DNA of 33,193 nucleotides from contig JAUCBJ010001410.1 of assembly GCA_032718475.1 (NCBI GenBank), forward strand, positions 1-33,193, in the 5' to 3' direction. The notes below the pieces were generated by a model that saw nothing but the letters and a program-made list of their open reading frames with translations, was not told the origin of the DNA and searched no databases. Each line of letters opens with the position of its first letter. The stretch's first letter is position 1. This stretch comes from Nemertoderma westbladi (taxonomy: Eukaryota > Animalia > Xenacoelomorpha). This document shows positions 11,044-21,589 of this stretch, one piece after another. The position numbers and the translations under genes are program-made.

Positions 11044-12030
11044 CGCAGCTTGGCTTGGTCTAGTGGTGACATTCCTGGGTTTTCAATTAGGAAGTTCTGC
11101 TTCGCTGCCTAGATGGGGCCCTAGCCCAACCCTGGCTTTCATCCTTCGCTGGTCTATAAATGGGAACCTAGGCAACTTTACTGTGGAAGATCAGATAACC
11201 CATCATGGTGGTGAACAGGCATTCCTTTAGGAAACAAAGTGGAAGGGTTTACTGTGGAAGATCGCCCATGGTGGTGAACAGGCATTCATTTAGGAAACAT
11301 AGTGGAAGGGTTTACTGTGGAAGATCAACAGTGGTGGTGAACAGGTATTGCTTTAGGAAACAGAGTGGAAGGGTTTACTGTTGAAGATCACCCATCGTGG
11401 TGAACAGGTATTGCTTTAGGAAACAGAGTGGAAGGGTTTACTGTTGAAGATCACCCATCGTGGTGAACAGGCATTCCTAGGAAACAGAGTGGATGGGTTT
11501 ACTGTGGAAGATCACCCATGGTGTTGAACACGCATTGCTTTAGGAAACAAAGTGGAAGGGTTTAATGTGGAAGATCTCCTATGGTGGTGAACAGGCATTC
11601 CTTTAGGAAACACAGGTGGAAGGGTTTACTGTGGGAGATCACTCGTGGTTGTGAACAGACATTCCTTTAGGAAACATAGTGGAAGGGTTTACTGTGGAAG
11701 ATCAACAGTGGTGGTGAACAGTCATTCCTTTAGGAAAACGGGTGGAAGGGTTTACTGTGGGAGATCACCCATGGTGGTGAACAGGCATTCCTCTAGGAAA
11801 CAGAGTGGAAGAGTTTAATGTGGAAGATCTCCTAGGGTGGTGAACAGGCATTCCTTTAGGAAACATAGTGGAAGGGTTTACTGTGGAAGATCAACAGTGG
11901 TGGTGGACAGGCATTCCTTTAGGAAACAGAGTGGAAGGGTTTACTGTCGGAGATCAGGATCACCCATGGTGGTGAACGGGGATTCCGTGACCTAACGAGC
12001 CTAAAAGATTCTCCCATTCACATTATCATT
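11044..12030 (+). mobile_element. tRNA-derived SINE, copy 1, with 13 internal 63-bp units
   Basis: A-box-like TGGTCTAGTGG, core CCCAACCCTGGCTTTCATCCTTC...ATAAATGGGAACC, tandem array, then 3' TAACGAGCCTAAA..ATTCTCCCATTCA. Homologous to 24176 and 32888. Confidence 0.88.
11175..11985 (+). repeat. 63-bp tandem array GGCATTC(A/C)TTTAGGAAACAGAGTGGAAGGGTTTACTGTGGAAGATCACCCATGGTGGTGAACA
   Basis: 13 units counted by the TTACTGTGG motif and its variants. No unique spacers. Confidence 0.95.
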
Positions 12031-12789
12031 TTCAGATCATTTTCATTAGATCACAACACAGTTACTATTTAATTAGAACTTGTCTCACCCAAACTTGAAG
12101 TCAACTCTAAGAAATTCTCTAAATTTATCTCAGGTTTTTGACTTTGGGTGTATGGGGGTTACATACAGTAAGCTACTGTATAATTCGGTTTGGAGCGACT
12201 AATGATGTAACCTGATGCGTTAAGTCCTATCCTTCTCCTTGAAGTATTATACCGTAGCCTTTATAAATGGGATATAATTAATCTGACTTTTACACCATTG
12301 AAGGAGAAGAAGTTGAAGGCGTGGGCTTATTATGAGAGCAGAATTCAGAAATGTTAGTGAAATGACGGCCTCTCTAAAATAGTATATCATTATAATATAC
12401 AATCACGTGCAAAATCTACCCAACCTTATCTTGTCGCGATATATACGTAAAGGGACTTTTTCCCCCTGAAAAATTTCTTAGAGTTTGTAATTATTTTTAA
12501 CTTCCGAATCTAGAGAAGCCCCCCCTGACCCTTTCAATGTTAAACTAAAGAGCCAGAAGTTAATTTTTATAGGTAGGCGTATTTTTGAAATAAACTTTCG
12601 TGAAATAATAATTAATTACCTTAAATTTGTGACCTATTTATTATTAGTTTGGTCTGGTCTGGTTATCATTTCACGCAGCAGGACGAAAGAAACTGAGAAA
12701 GAAAGTTTAATAAAACAAAACCAGTTGGATTTTTTTTTCAGTAATTAAAATTTATCTATTTCAGATGACAAAGTAAAAAAAGGTTGTGT

Positions 12790-13095
12790 AACTCGTGGTT
12801 GGTAAAGCTGTCGGCCAGATTAATTAAGTCTCTTGGCCCTTTTGTTGTTGTCAAAGTCCTCATCCGTCTTTTTCATTTATCCTTGGAGATTAACATATTC
12901 CCTGACTGGAAGTTTACAAGAGTTCATCCCATAGGCCTCCCTACATATAAAGGAAGAATTGTTACCTTTGTAATAATGATAATTACCGTCAAATTTCCCT
13001 TCTTTGAATTCAAAATCTTTGAACTAATTGTTAGGATCATGTGAGAACATTTTTTTATTGATGTTATTTTAGACAGCAATCTGGGTTCACCACTA
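12790..13095 (+). mobile_element. Degenerate CR1/L2-type LINE reverse transcriptase relic
   Basis: Frameshifted motifs SLEINIFPDWKFTRVHPI..YKG / NYRQISLL / KIFELIV / QQSGF match the RT N-terminal consensus FPxxWKxAxVxPIxKKG..NYRPISLL..SKIFE..QxGF. Confidence 0.75.
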
Positions 13096-13778
13096 TTTCG
13101 ATCCGTATTTTCCCCTACCCTCTCTACCTTTTGTTTGGTTTGTATATTATGGTAGAATTTCCAGCCATAAATTTGTTAAACCACTAAAATTATTTTTTGG
13201 ACCTTGGGATTTTTCTCATTTGTTAACAAAAACTTTTGGCACTTTTGTCACATTTTTTTCGAATAAGTCACTACACTGTTATAACTGTTTTTAGAATGCA
13301 CATCAAATTGATTTAAAAGGAATAACTTTTTCTGATGTTGTAAATGGTTAATACTTAACCCTGCTAAGTTTTTGCAATATAAAATATTCAATATAAAAAT
13401 AAACAGCCTCACAAAATCTTTTTTTTTATATCGAACTGGGGCAAAAGTGCTTAAGTAATAAAGTTTGTGTTCAAGCATTTCCCGAAACTGGATGCAATAA
13501 AAATTCATCCCTCGCCATGGGAAATTGGACGCAAATAACAGCAGATTACTCCCAAAAATAAAACTGTAACTTGTTCTATTGTGTTTAGTTTATTGTTTTG
13601 GTTAAAATAACGTGCCACTGTAACCTGCTCCTTTCCCTAAATTGAAAATTTAATATTGAGGCGGGATATTAATTTGCCAAGGCGGGTTTTGCGCCCAGTT
13701 TCCCCCCCTGTCTCAAAATTTGTGAAATGTATTGAATGATTCAGGCTGCATAAAATATTTAATTTTATGCAGCCTAAT

Positions 13779-13947
13779 GAGGGTCCACTCAGCCTTTCAT
13801 CCACTGGGGTCGATAAAATGAGTGTCAGTTAAATAACTGGGAGCAAAACGTGGGATAGGAGTAGCGCCCACCCCCTACCATCGGGTAGCAGCTATCGAAA
13901 AAGGAGCCTTTGGCTCGCCTCCGGCTTCGGCCGACTGTTTGCTTTTA
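13779..13947 (+). mobile_element. Headless SINE fragment with a Deu/Nin-domain-like core
   Basis: GGTCCACTCAGCCTTTCATCCACTGGGGTCGATAAAATGAGTGTCAG resembles, from memory, the conserved central domain of Deu/Nin SINEs. Needs a Dfam/SINEBase check. Confidence 0.55.
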
Positions 13948-14174
13948 CGGAAAATATAATAATGCAGAATTTTCCATATTTTGTTCACTGTTATTATATA
14001 AAACAAAACGCTCCTCTGTTTTTCTAACACCAGAATTATTATTTAATTAATAACATTTACTATTATCATATAACACCACAGCATTTACCGGTAACAAACA
14101 AAGACGCAAGATGCAATACATTCAACAATATTTAATATCATAAAATTACCAAATTCTAGAATACTTGTATAGAG

Positions 14175-14594
14175 TTAGGCAGCTTTCTTGTAGATTCGCG
14201 TGCAAGTGACTCCCTTACACTGCAAAGTGATGGTCATCTTATCTCCCTCGATCTCCCGTACAGATGTTGTGTAATCTTCCTCGCCCTCCGGTCCTTTCTG
14301 CGACTCAACTAGTTTCTCCCCGTCCCATTTCTGAAGCGTTTCAACGTTTTTACGTCCGTCCAGAGTCTCAGCAACGGTGTAAGCAACTCCGGGAACGAAA
14401 GTGACGCTTTTATTTTTAAATGTTGATTTCGAGTTGATTGTGATGTTGTCGCCGCTTGCGGAAATTTCGTGCGTCGACTTGAGGTTGGCGGCGATTTTTC
14501 GAGTTGCAATGCCAACGCCTAATGCTACCATGTAGGGTTCAAAGTTATCGCTACCACTGAGATCCCATTTGCCGAGGTATTTTTCTGTTGCCAT
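14175..14594 (-). CDS. FABP: Intracellular fatty-acid/lipid-binding protein (iLBP/FABP), intronless, paralog 1, 139 aa
   Basis: GKWDL..SDNFEPYMVALGVGIATRK, STFKN..VTF..G, ETLDGRK and C-terminal VREI..DKMTITL..KGVTCTRIYKK with the R-x-Y carboxylate-binding motif. Intact ORF, ACCATGG start. Confidence 0.96.
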   Translation of the reverse strand: MATEKYLGKWDLSGSDNFEPYMVALGVGIATRKIAANLKSTHEISASGDNITINSKSTFKNKSVTFVPGVAYTVAETLDGRKNVETLQKWDGEKLVESQKGPEGEEDYTTSVREIEGDKMTITLQCKGVTCTRIYKKAA

Positions 14595-14686
14595 GGTTAT
14601 AGTTATATTTTTAAGACAGATTAGTATAAACTAATAACACACACCAAAAAATTGAGATTAACACAATAAAATTTACTAAATGTGTC

Positions 14687-14745
14687 ACTGAGATAAACAC
14701 GTAAATTCCCTTTATATACTAGTTCCGCTTTGATCTTTGAGCTAA
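14687..14745 (-). promoter_or_regulatory. Core promoter of FABP paralog 1 (TATA, Inr, DR1-like site)
   Basis: Minus strand: TATATAAA at 14718-14711, Inr TCAGT at 14691-14687 (A+1 is 29 nt from the TATA start), and DR1-like AGCTCA-A-AGATCA just upstream. Several GATA (WGATAA) sites lie at 14800-15070. Confidence 0.7.
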
Positions 14746-15261
14746 CATTTTCTTGGATTAACATGTTACTAAGAAAGGAGTGGTCACATAATTAGCATAG
14801 CTATTGATAGATAACAATATCGAACTCTTGTGTGTGTGTCATATTTTTTTATTATTATTATAGAGAATAGAGGAAGAGGTTGACGTTATGATAAGATTAT
14901 TAGTTGACTTTCAACCTAATAAAATATGTTGAATAATTGTCTGACTTTGTTTGACGAATGCTAATTAATGGAGTGAACTGTCCATTTGAGGGGTGTAACG
15001 TTCACCAGTTGTTTGAGATGAATCTTCCTTATCTAAAAACTGTGTGGATATCTGAATTTAGTTATCTAAATTACTAATCTAAAACGATAAATCAATATAG
15101 TTAATTAATAGGTGAGTATATACGGGTAGAAATTTAATAATGGGGAAATAGAAACAAAAAATGGGCGGAATTTCGGGGTAGAGACCCCGGTATTTTACGT
15201 GTTCAGGTCACCAGGAGATGAGTTAACATGCTAGCAGTACTCATGGGAGGACATGATTGGC

Positions 15262-15677
15262 TCTAACTGCTGAGGACACCAAAAATACATGGATGGCACA
15301 CATAAGAATTCTACCTTTCGCTCACTCAGTATGAAGTACAATGCACACATCTCCAACCACACAATGTATAAAACATTGGAAGTGTCTCATTAGTCCCTCT
15401 AAGCTTGATACTTGAACAGAGCCGCCTCCCCTTTGCAGGACATTGATTTCGCCGTCAAGACTATCCTGCGCACAATCTTGTGCTTTGGCAGCCCGCTGGA
15501 GATGATAAGCATGGTGGTCAGCCCATGACTTTCTTGAGACGCCTCCTAGGGGACACTGGCCTTGACGATGCGTATAATATTGCGAAAGTCGTGGGGTACA
15601 GGGAGTTGTGGTGGTGCAATTTTGTCGATTAGACGGAGTAGTATACGTAATCCAAGCTGTATTGCAGCATACCGATT
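15262..15677 (+). mobile_element. Older, degenerate RTE family B copy
   Basis: Colinear with 22180-22590 (ACTGCTGAGGACACCAAA, TACAATGCACACATCTCCAACCA, CAGCCCATGACTTTCTTGAGACGC) with many indels. Confidence 0.85.
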
Positions 15678-15727
15678 GTGAAATGTATGGTGGCTGCACA
15701 ATTTCGATGTTAAGTCGGAATGGCAAT

Positions 15728-16340
15728 CTCTACTACTAGGATCGGCATGCTGCAATGCAGCTGCATTTTTAAGAATGCTGTGCCGGCTTGTCGACAAGAT
15801 TGCGCCGCCACAACTCCATATCCCCCATTACTTTCGCGAGATTATCCGCATCTTCAAGGCCAGTGTCCTTTAAGATGAGTCTCAATAAAGTCATGGGCTG
15901 TCCACCATGCTTATTCACTCCATGAGGCTGCCAAAGCATCAGATTATACACTGGCTGGTCCTCACGGCGAAAGCAATGTCCTGCAAAGCGGAGGCGAATT
16001 TGTTCTAGTGTCAAGCTTAGGGGAACCAATGAGACACCTCCTATGTTATATAGTGTCTGGTTGGAGATGTGTGCATTGTACTTGACATAGTGAACCCGGC
16101 GTAGCATTCTTGTTAATGTGCCATCCAGAGATTTGGTGTCCTCAGCAGTTAGAGCCCAGCACGGACTCCCATAGAGGAGTACTGGAACTACTGCTGCTCT
16201 AAATAATCGGACCATAAGTTTCCGATTAATTCTATGTGACTTCCAAATCCTGGAAAGCCTATTAAAGGCTGCCCATGCCTTTCCCTTAGGTATGTATTCG
16301 AAGGTCCTTCACCTGACTTCCCGATCCATGCATCCATAGG
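15728..16340 (-). mobile_element. 5'-truncated RTE family B copy
   Basis: KGKAW...IWKS...RLFRAAVVPVLLYGSPCWALT...RLRFAGHCFR...DKPAQHS*, followed by the 3' UTR and (TAG)n tail. Confidence 0.92.
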
Positions 16341-17964
16341 CCTACATCGGAATATCAATCTCAATGTATCTACAATGAAGCATCCCGATTATAGATAGAT
16401 GGATTGCTTTACTTCCGGTTTTTCTTTTCTCCTGCATCAATCCATTTCTAAATTGAACTATGATTGATTCCTCTTAGCCACTGAAAATGACACCGAAGGG
16501 CGTACTTGGCACCAGGGCCATGAGACTAAACTGAGCGGAAGGTACCCGTGCAAGGATAGGTAGGAATATACAACTACATTTTTACGTCAAGCTTCACCCT
16601 TCAGGAGGGTTGCGGCTCATGGCCTGGGAGGGAGATGAACCCTTTTGCCAATAAGGGCGGCCAATAATTTCTAATGTTCAGTAAGTAGATTGATACCCGA
16701 TTATCTTATTGTTACATATCTGGTGTTAAATATTGACAGATGTCCGATTGAATTCTAATTTCAAATATTCCAGATCATTGTATGTGCCCATGTGAAGAAT
16801 ACCAGGATTTCACTTTTCGGTCGACTTTTTATTGGAATTTTATATATGATGATTTTTTATTTTTTTTAATTATCTTTATTAAGTGTTTTATAGCGCTTAT
16901 TTCTGTCTTATAACCTGTACATATACTAATTCGTTTATTGTTTTGGTTCAATTCAACCCTCCTGTAACTGCAAGGGGAAATATAACGGCAGAAAGTCTGG
17001 TATTCTTCACACATGGGCCATTTTATGTACCAAAATGGTTGAAAACAATCTATTTAGCTAGAAGCGATTTTCTCATTATATGGGATATTGTGTTTTTGAA
17101 ATACGCTGCTGGCTACTTTATTAATCAGTGCATGGGCTTGTAAAGTAGCTACAGCAGGGAACACTCCGACATTAACGCAGAGTGTACCGTATATGTGGCC
17201 TATAAAATAATGTGGGTTGATTATTGACAAGTGAAACCGTGAATGTAGGTTGAAAAGTATCGATTAAAATGGACCCGTATTGATTTGGGAATACCTGACA
17301 ATGTCACCTAAATCAGTATCCTTTGAAGTGTTTGAAAGGGTCGCAGTACAAAGCGTAGAAAAATAGAAGCATCAGATAGATGTCGATTTTTTTACAACGA
17401 AATCCTCAGAAATGGATTTAAAAAATAACTTTCCTTTTCTGAATTTTGTAACTTTTCTAAATAAAAATTGTTTAGAGTTTCGGACCCTATACTATAATTA
17501 TTACAAGATAACAGTAACTTATTCCCCCCAAATTAGAGGCAACATAATTAATAAATGCATTACAAACTAGAGTAAGATAATGAACCAGCTCACCGTTATA
17601 TTGCTGAACAATATTTGATTTATAGATTTCATGTCATTATACCCTAATAATTTCTGGGTAGACCATGGACTTTTAGGATTATCTTTAAGGCCTATCTTTA
17701 TTTCGTCTTTATTAGCTTTATCTTTATCTTTATCTTTATCGTTTTCTTTATCTTTATTTTATTCTCAAACTAGTATTATTTACCACGGATGGACTTGTAC
17801 TCAAGGCATTACCAACTATCTGAGCATGCCTTATCAATATTTATTTTATTTTTGTATTCTCTCTACGGCCAAGCCATGTACTGTAGGCCCCAACAATTAT
17901 TAGACTCTCTACATTTGGTTTTCTTATTCAAGAAGAAAAAACTTTCCGCTTACAATAAATTTAC

Positions 17965-18105
17965 GGTACCGGTACGGACATTTCGTCCTGAACTTTTCGT
18001 TCTGGAATATTCGTATCCGGAGAGTTGTCGCCCCGGAGTTTTGCCCCGGACTTTTCGTCCCGGATGTGACAACCGAACCTTTTTTGTTCCTGGTCTTTTT
18101 TGCCT
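17965..18105. repeat. Degenerate ~15-bp repeat cluster (GGACTTTTCGTCCC-like)
   Basis: Several imperfect GGA..TTTCG.CCC units, resembling subterminal repeats of a DNA-transposon relic. Confidence 0.5.
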
Positions 18106-18297
18106 GATTTTTCATCCCATCATTTTGATCCTACTAGAGGAAAACTACAAAAGGCAGAATTTAGCGAATCAATATTTAATGTTATTTTCGCCCAGAACTA
18201 TCAATATAAGTATAAGTAAATTAATGATAATATTATCTATCACATAACCTAACGATGCATTCGGCAAAAAAAACGATTCTAGAATACTTGTATAAAG

Positions 18298-18717
18298 TTA
18301 GGCAGCTTTCTTGTAGATTCGCGTGCAAGTGACTCCCTTACACTGCAACGTGATGGTCATCTTATTTCCCTCGATCTCCCGTACAGATGTTGTGTAATCT
18401 TCCTCGCCCTCCGGTCCTTTCTGCGACTCAACTAGTTTCTCCCCGTCCCATTTCTGAAGCGTTTCAACGTTTTTACGTCCGTCCAGAGTCTCAGCAACGG
18501 TGTAAGCAACTCCGGGAACGAAAGTGACGCTTTTACATTTAAACGTTGATTTCGTATTTATCGTCATGTTGTCGCCGTTTGCCGAAATTTCGTGGGTCGA
18601 TCTGAGTCTGGAGGCGATTTTTCGAGTTGCCATGCCAACGCCTAACGCTGCCATGTAGGGTTCAAACTTATCGCTGCCACTGAGATCCCATTTGCCGACG
18701 TATTTCTCTGTTGCCAT
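18298..18717 (-). CDS. FABP: Intracellular fatty-acid-binding protein, intronless, paralog 2, 139 aa
   Basis: Intact 420-nt ORF starting MATEKYVGKW, with 12 amino-acid differences from paralog 1 by manual alignment. Confidence 0.93.
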   Translation of the reverse strand: MATEKYVGKWDLSGSDKFEPYMAALGVGMATRKIASRLRSTHEISANGDNMTINTKSTFKCKSVTFVPGVAYTVAETLDGRKNVETLQKWDGEKLVESQKGPEGEEDYTTSVREIEGNKMTITLQCKGVTCTRIYKKAA

Positions 18718-18792
18718 GGTTATATAGTTTTTTCTAAGATAAATATAAAATAATAACATTTCCCCGAAAACAAACATTAACACAATAATATA

Positions 18793-19889
18793 CACCATAA
18801 CCCTTAATACAACAACCATTTTTAGGGGGTCGGAGCCCCCCCCCCCTAAATTTTTTCAAATTTTATTAAAATGCCACGAAATTTGGTATGATGATAGATC
18901 GACACTTTTTCTTACTGGTGGCCGGCCTGGCCGGATTTTTCAATTTTCTCAGTTATTTCCATACAACAAGCCCTTAAAAATGTATATTTGGCAATGTTTA
19001 ACCACCTCCGTAGACTTTATTTTACGTCTTTGAAATGTAATCTAGATATCATTAGAAGCGCCTTCGTCTGTAGATTCCGAATCTGAAAACCGTTTTAAAT
19101 TTAACCAAAAATTGGTAAAGATATTATCAAAATACTAATGTGTAAATTTAGAGACGTAAATCGCTATAATTCTGATGCTTTGTTGACTTTATTTTAGAAT
19201 ATTAATTATTATTTAGCTGAGCGTTTAAAATCTGAGCGTTTTTCAACGGGGCGGCCATCGGAGGCAGCAGGGGTGGAATGCGGGGTTGAGCTGCTGTGTG
19301 CTGCACACTAATTAACTCTCTTCTCAACAAGTGCGTTTATTGTCATAAAGAATTCAGTCGGCAAAGCAATCTAAATAGCCATGTCAATTCTGTTCATAAC
19401 TCTTAAATTTACCGGTAACAAAATTGTTGTATTTGTACTGAAATATATATTTGTAGAGCGTTTAAAACTCTCTCATCGTGTTTTTTCATTACCCAATTAG
19501 AATTATAGCGATTTACGTCACAAAATTTACACCTTAGTATTTTGATAATATCTCCGGAAGTTATTGGTGAAATTTACAACGGGTTTCAGATTCGGAATCT
19601 GCAGATGAAGGCGGATCTAATGATATCTAGATTTCATTCCAAAGACGAAAAATAAAGCCGACGGAGGAGGCTAAATATTGCGAAATAGACGATTTTTAAC
19701 GGCTTGTTGAATCGAAATAGCTCATAAATTAAAAACTCCGGCCAGGCCACCAGTAAGAAAAGGTGTCGATCTATTATCATACCAAATTTCGTAGCATTTT
19801 ATTGAAATTTGAAAAAAATTAGGGGGGGGGGGGGGGGGGGGGTGGGCTCCGACCCCCTAAAAATGGTTGTTGTATTAAGGGTTATGGTG
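18793..19889. mobile_element. Tc1/mariner-type long-TIR MITE (foldback), TA target-site duplication
   Basis: The outer 46 bp are a perfect inverted repeat (CACCATAACCCTTAATACAACAACC...GAGCCC). Imperfect IR continues to about 19173/19499 (~380-bp arms). TA at 18791-92 and 19890-91. Confidence 0.93.
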
Positions 19890-19970
19890 TATTATATGAC
19901 AATAATATATGTGTTATATCACAAGAATATGTTATAACAATAGAAGGCACCAAAGGGCTTCTAACCCTAA

Positions 19971-21259
19971 TTTTATATGTGGGGCGAGCCACGAAGTGAG
20001 TGAGCCTTAGCGTAGTGGTACCATTAATCAACCTGTCGTTCTGTCGTTCTGTCGTTCTGTCGTTCTGTCGTTCTGTCGTTCTGTCGTTCTGTCGTTCTGT
20101 CGTTCTGTCGTTCTGTCGTGTTCAATTTTAAACGTTAATAACTCAGCCAATCTTTGATGAAATCTATCCAAACTTGGTACACATGTTGTTTGGCAAAAGT
20201 TTAGAAATTTTCCAAGTAGAATTTCCGTGTGGCCTTCGAGAAGCTAAGATAATAGCAGTTAATTAGTTAATTAAGTTGATTACGGTGAAAACACCATTTT
20301 CAACCTGCCTTTTAAAGGAAATTAATTGTTTTACAGTATAAGATTTAAATAATTATAATTAAAAATTATACAGATGTAATCCACATACGCCATTCTATTA
20401 TAGTTTTTAATTAGTTCAAGTGATTTGCTTTAATAATTGTGTCTTTAATTGATCTAAAGTAATTAAAACGGCATAAAAAATGGATTCTCATTAAATACTG
20501 ATCATTTATTGGCCAACTTGCAAGTTGGCTGGTACATAGATGGGGGATGTGTGTGTAAGGGAGCCAGTTGCTGGGAATGCCAGTGGAGGGGGGTTGTATG
20601 TAACTAGCCACACGGCTGCCAGCTAGACCTAACGAGATTGAAACCTGCATTCCCTACCTCCTATTACACTATAGAGTCTGTGTTCTTTAGTCTCAGGTAA
20701 TAGACAGATCTCATTTAATGATTGTCAGTCAATAAGATTACCACTGCAGAAGGCTTATATCCAAAATTGTTTATTTCTCAAAATATTATGCTTATTATTT
20801 TTTGATGGGATTTCTGTGTATTTTAATTGTCTAAGTTTTCAGAGGCATTAACAGTATATTAAATAAATTATTTGAATATCATTCATTACTGCATCGACTG
20901 TATTTAGTACTGCGTAGATTATATTCCTATAAACCACCTGGCTTCGCATATTGAACGTGCGATTGGAAATAAGTTCGTGCTACCTTCCGTGGGTGGTAGA
21001 TGTCGCGGTTATGTATTGGTGGGAGGGAAGGGTGGGGGGGGGGTGGGGTGGGGTGGGGTGGGGTTGGGTGGGGGTGCAGATTTAAAGGGCTGAACACGTA
21101 CTGTCCCTCTTTTTTTGATTGATTGGCGGTGTGGTTAAATTTCTAAATTTTACTAATTTATAAAGTTAAATACTGATTTTGTGATACAGTCGCTCGATAT
21201 TAATTTGTATCTCATACCTGGGCCTCGTGCTGCGCGAAGGCCCCACGAACGTGTTGTTT
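19971..21259 (+). mobile_element. HINE/Helentron-like (DINE-1/pearl-type) non-autonomous element
   Basis: T-rich ends, subterminal IR GTGGGGC/GCCCCAC, (CTGTCGTT)x~11 near the 5' end, then AATAACTC...CCAAACTTGGTACACATG, and a 3' GGGCCT...AGGCCC hairpin. Termini shared with 4816-5436. Confidence 0.75.
20033..20119. repeat. (CTGTCGTT)n microsatellite, ~11 units
   Basis: Read directly; perfect units. Confidence 0.98.
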
Positions 21260-21589
21260 ATTAGTGGAAGATCTACAGTAATAGTCACTCAACATTTTGT
21301 TATATCAATAATAGTCGCGTCCAATCCACACTCTCAAATTCAATCAACCCCGCCAAAGCTTTACTCTGTGGAACTTTTACTTACGTTTAATCATAGATTT
21401 TAATTAATTTATGTTCACCTTACTAATAATCCTGGTCAATTTTACTGCTGTTATAATAATACTGTATACAATATAAGTTTGTACACACACACGGTCTGTT
21501 CCTCACGGCGCGGCGGAAGGGTTGCCACAAATGGAGAAAATCCTGGATTCACACTACAAGAAGTTAGTAGATATCCGGCAACTACTGTA

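Noticed and set aside
18718-18819. Hydrophobic 34-aa N-terminal extension (signal peptide) on FABP paralog 2
   Set aside because: The ATG lies in the MITE TIR and the rest is AT-rich leader. Paralog 1 fixes the start at MATEKY.
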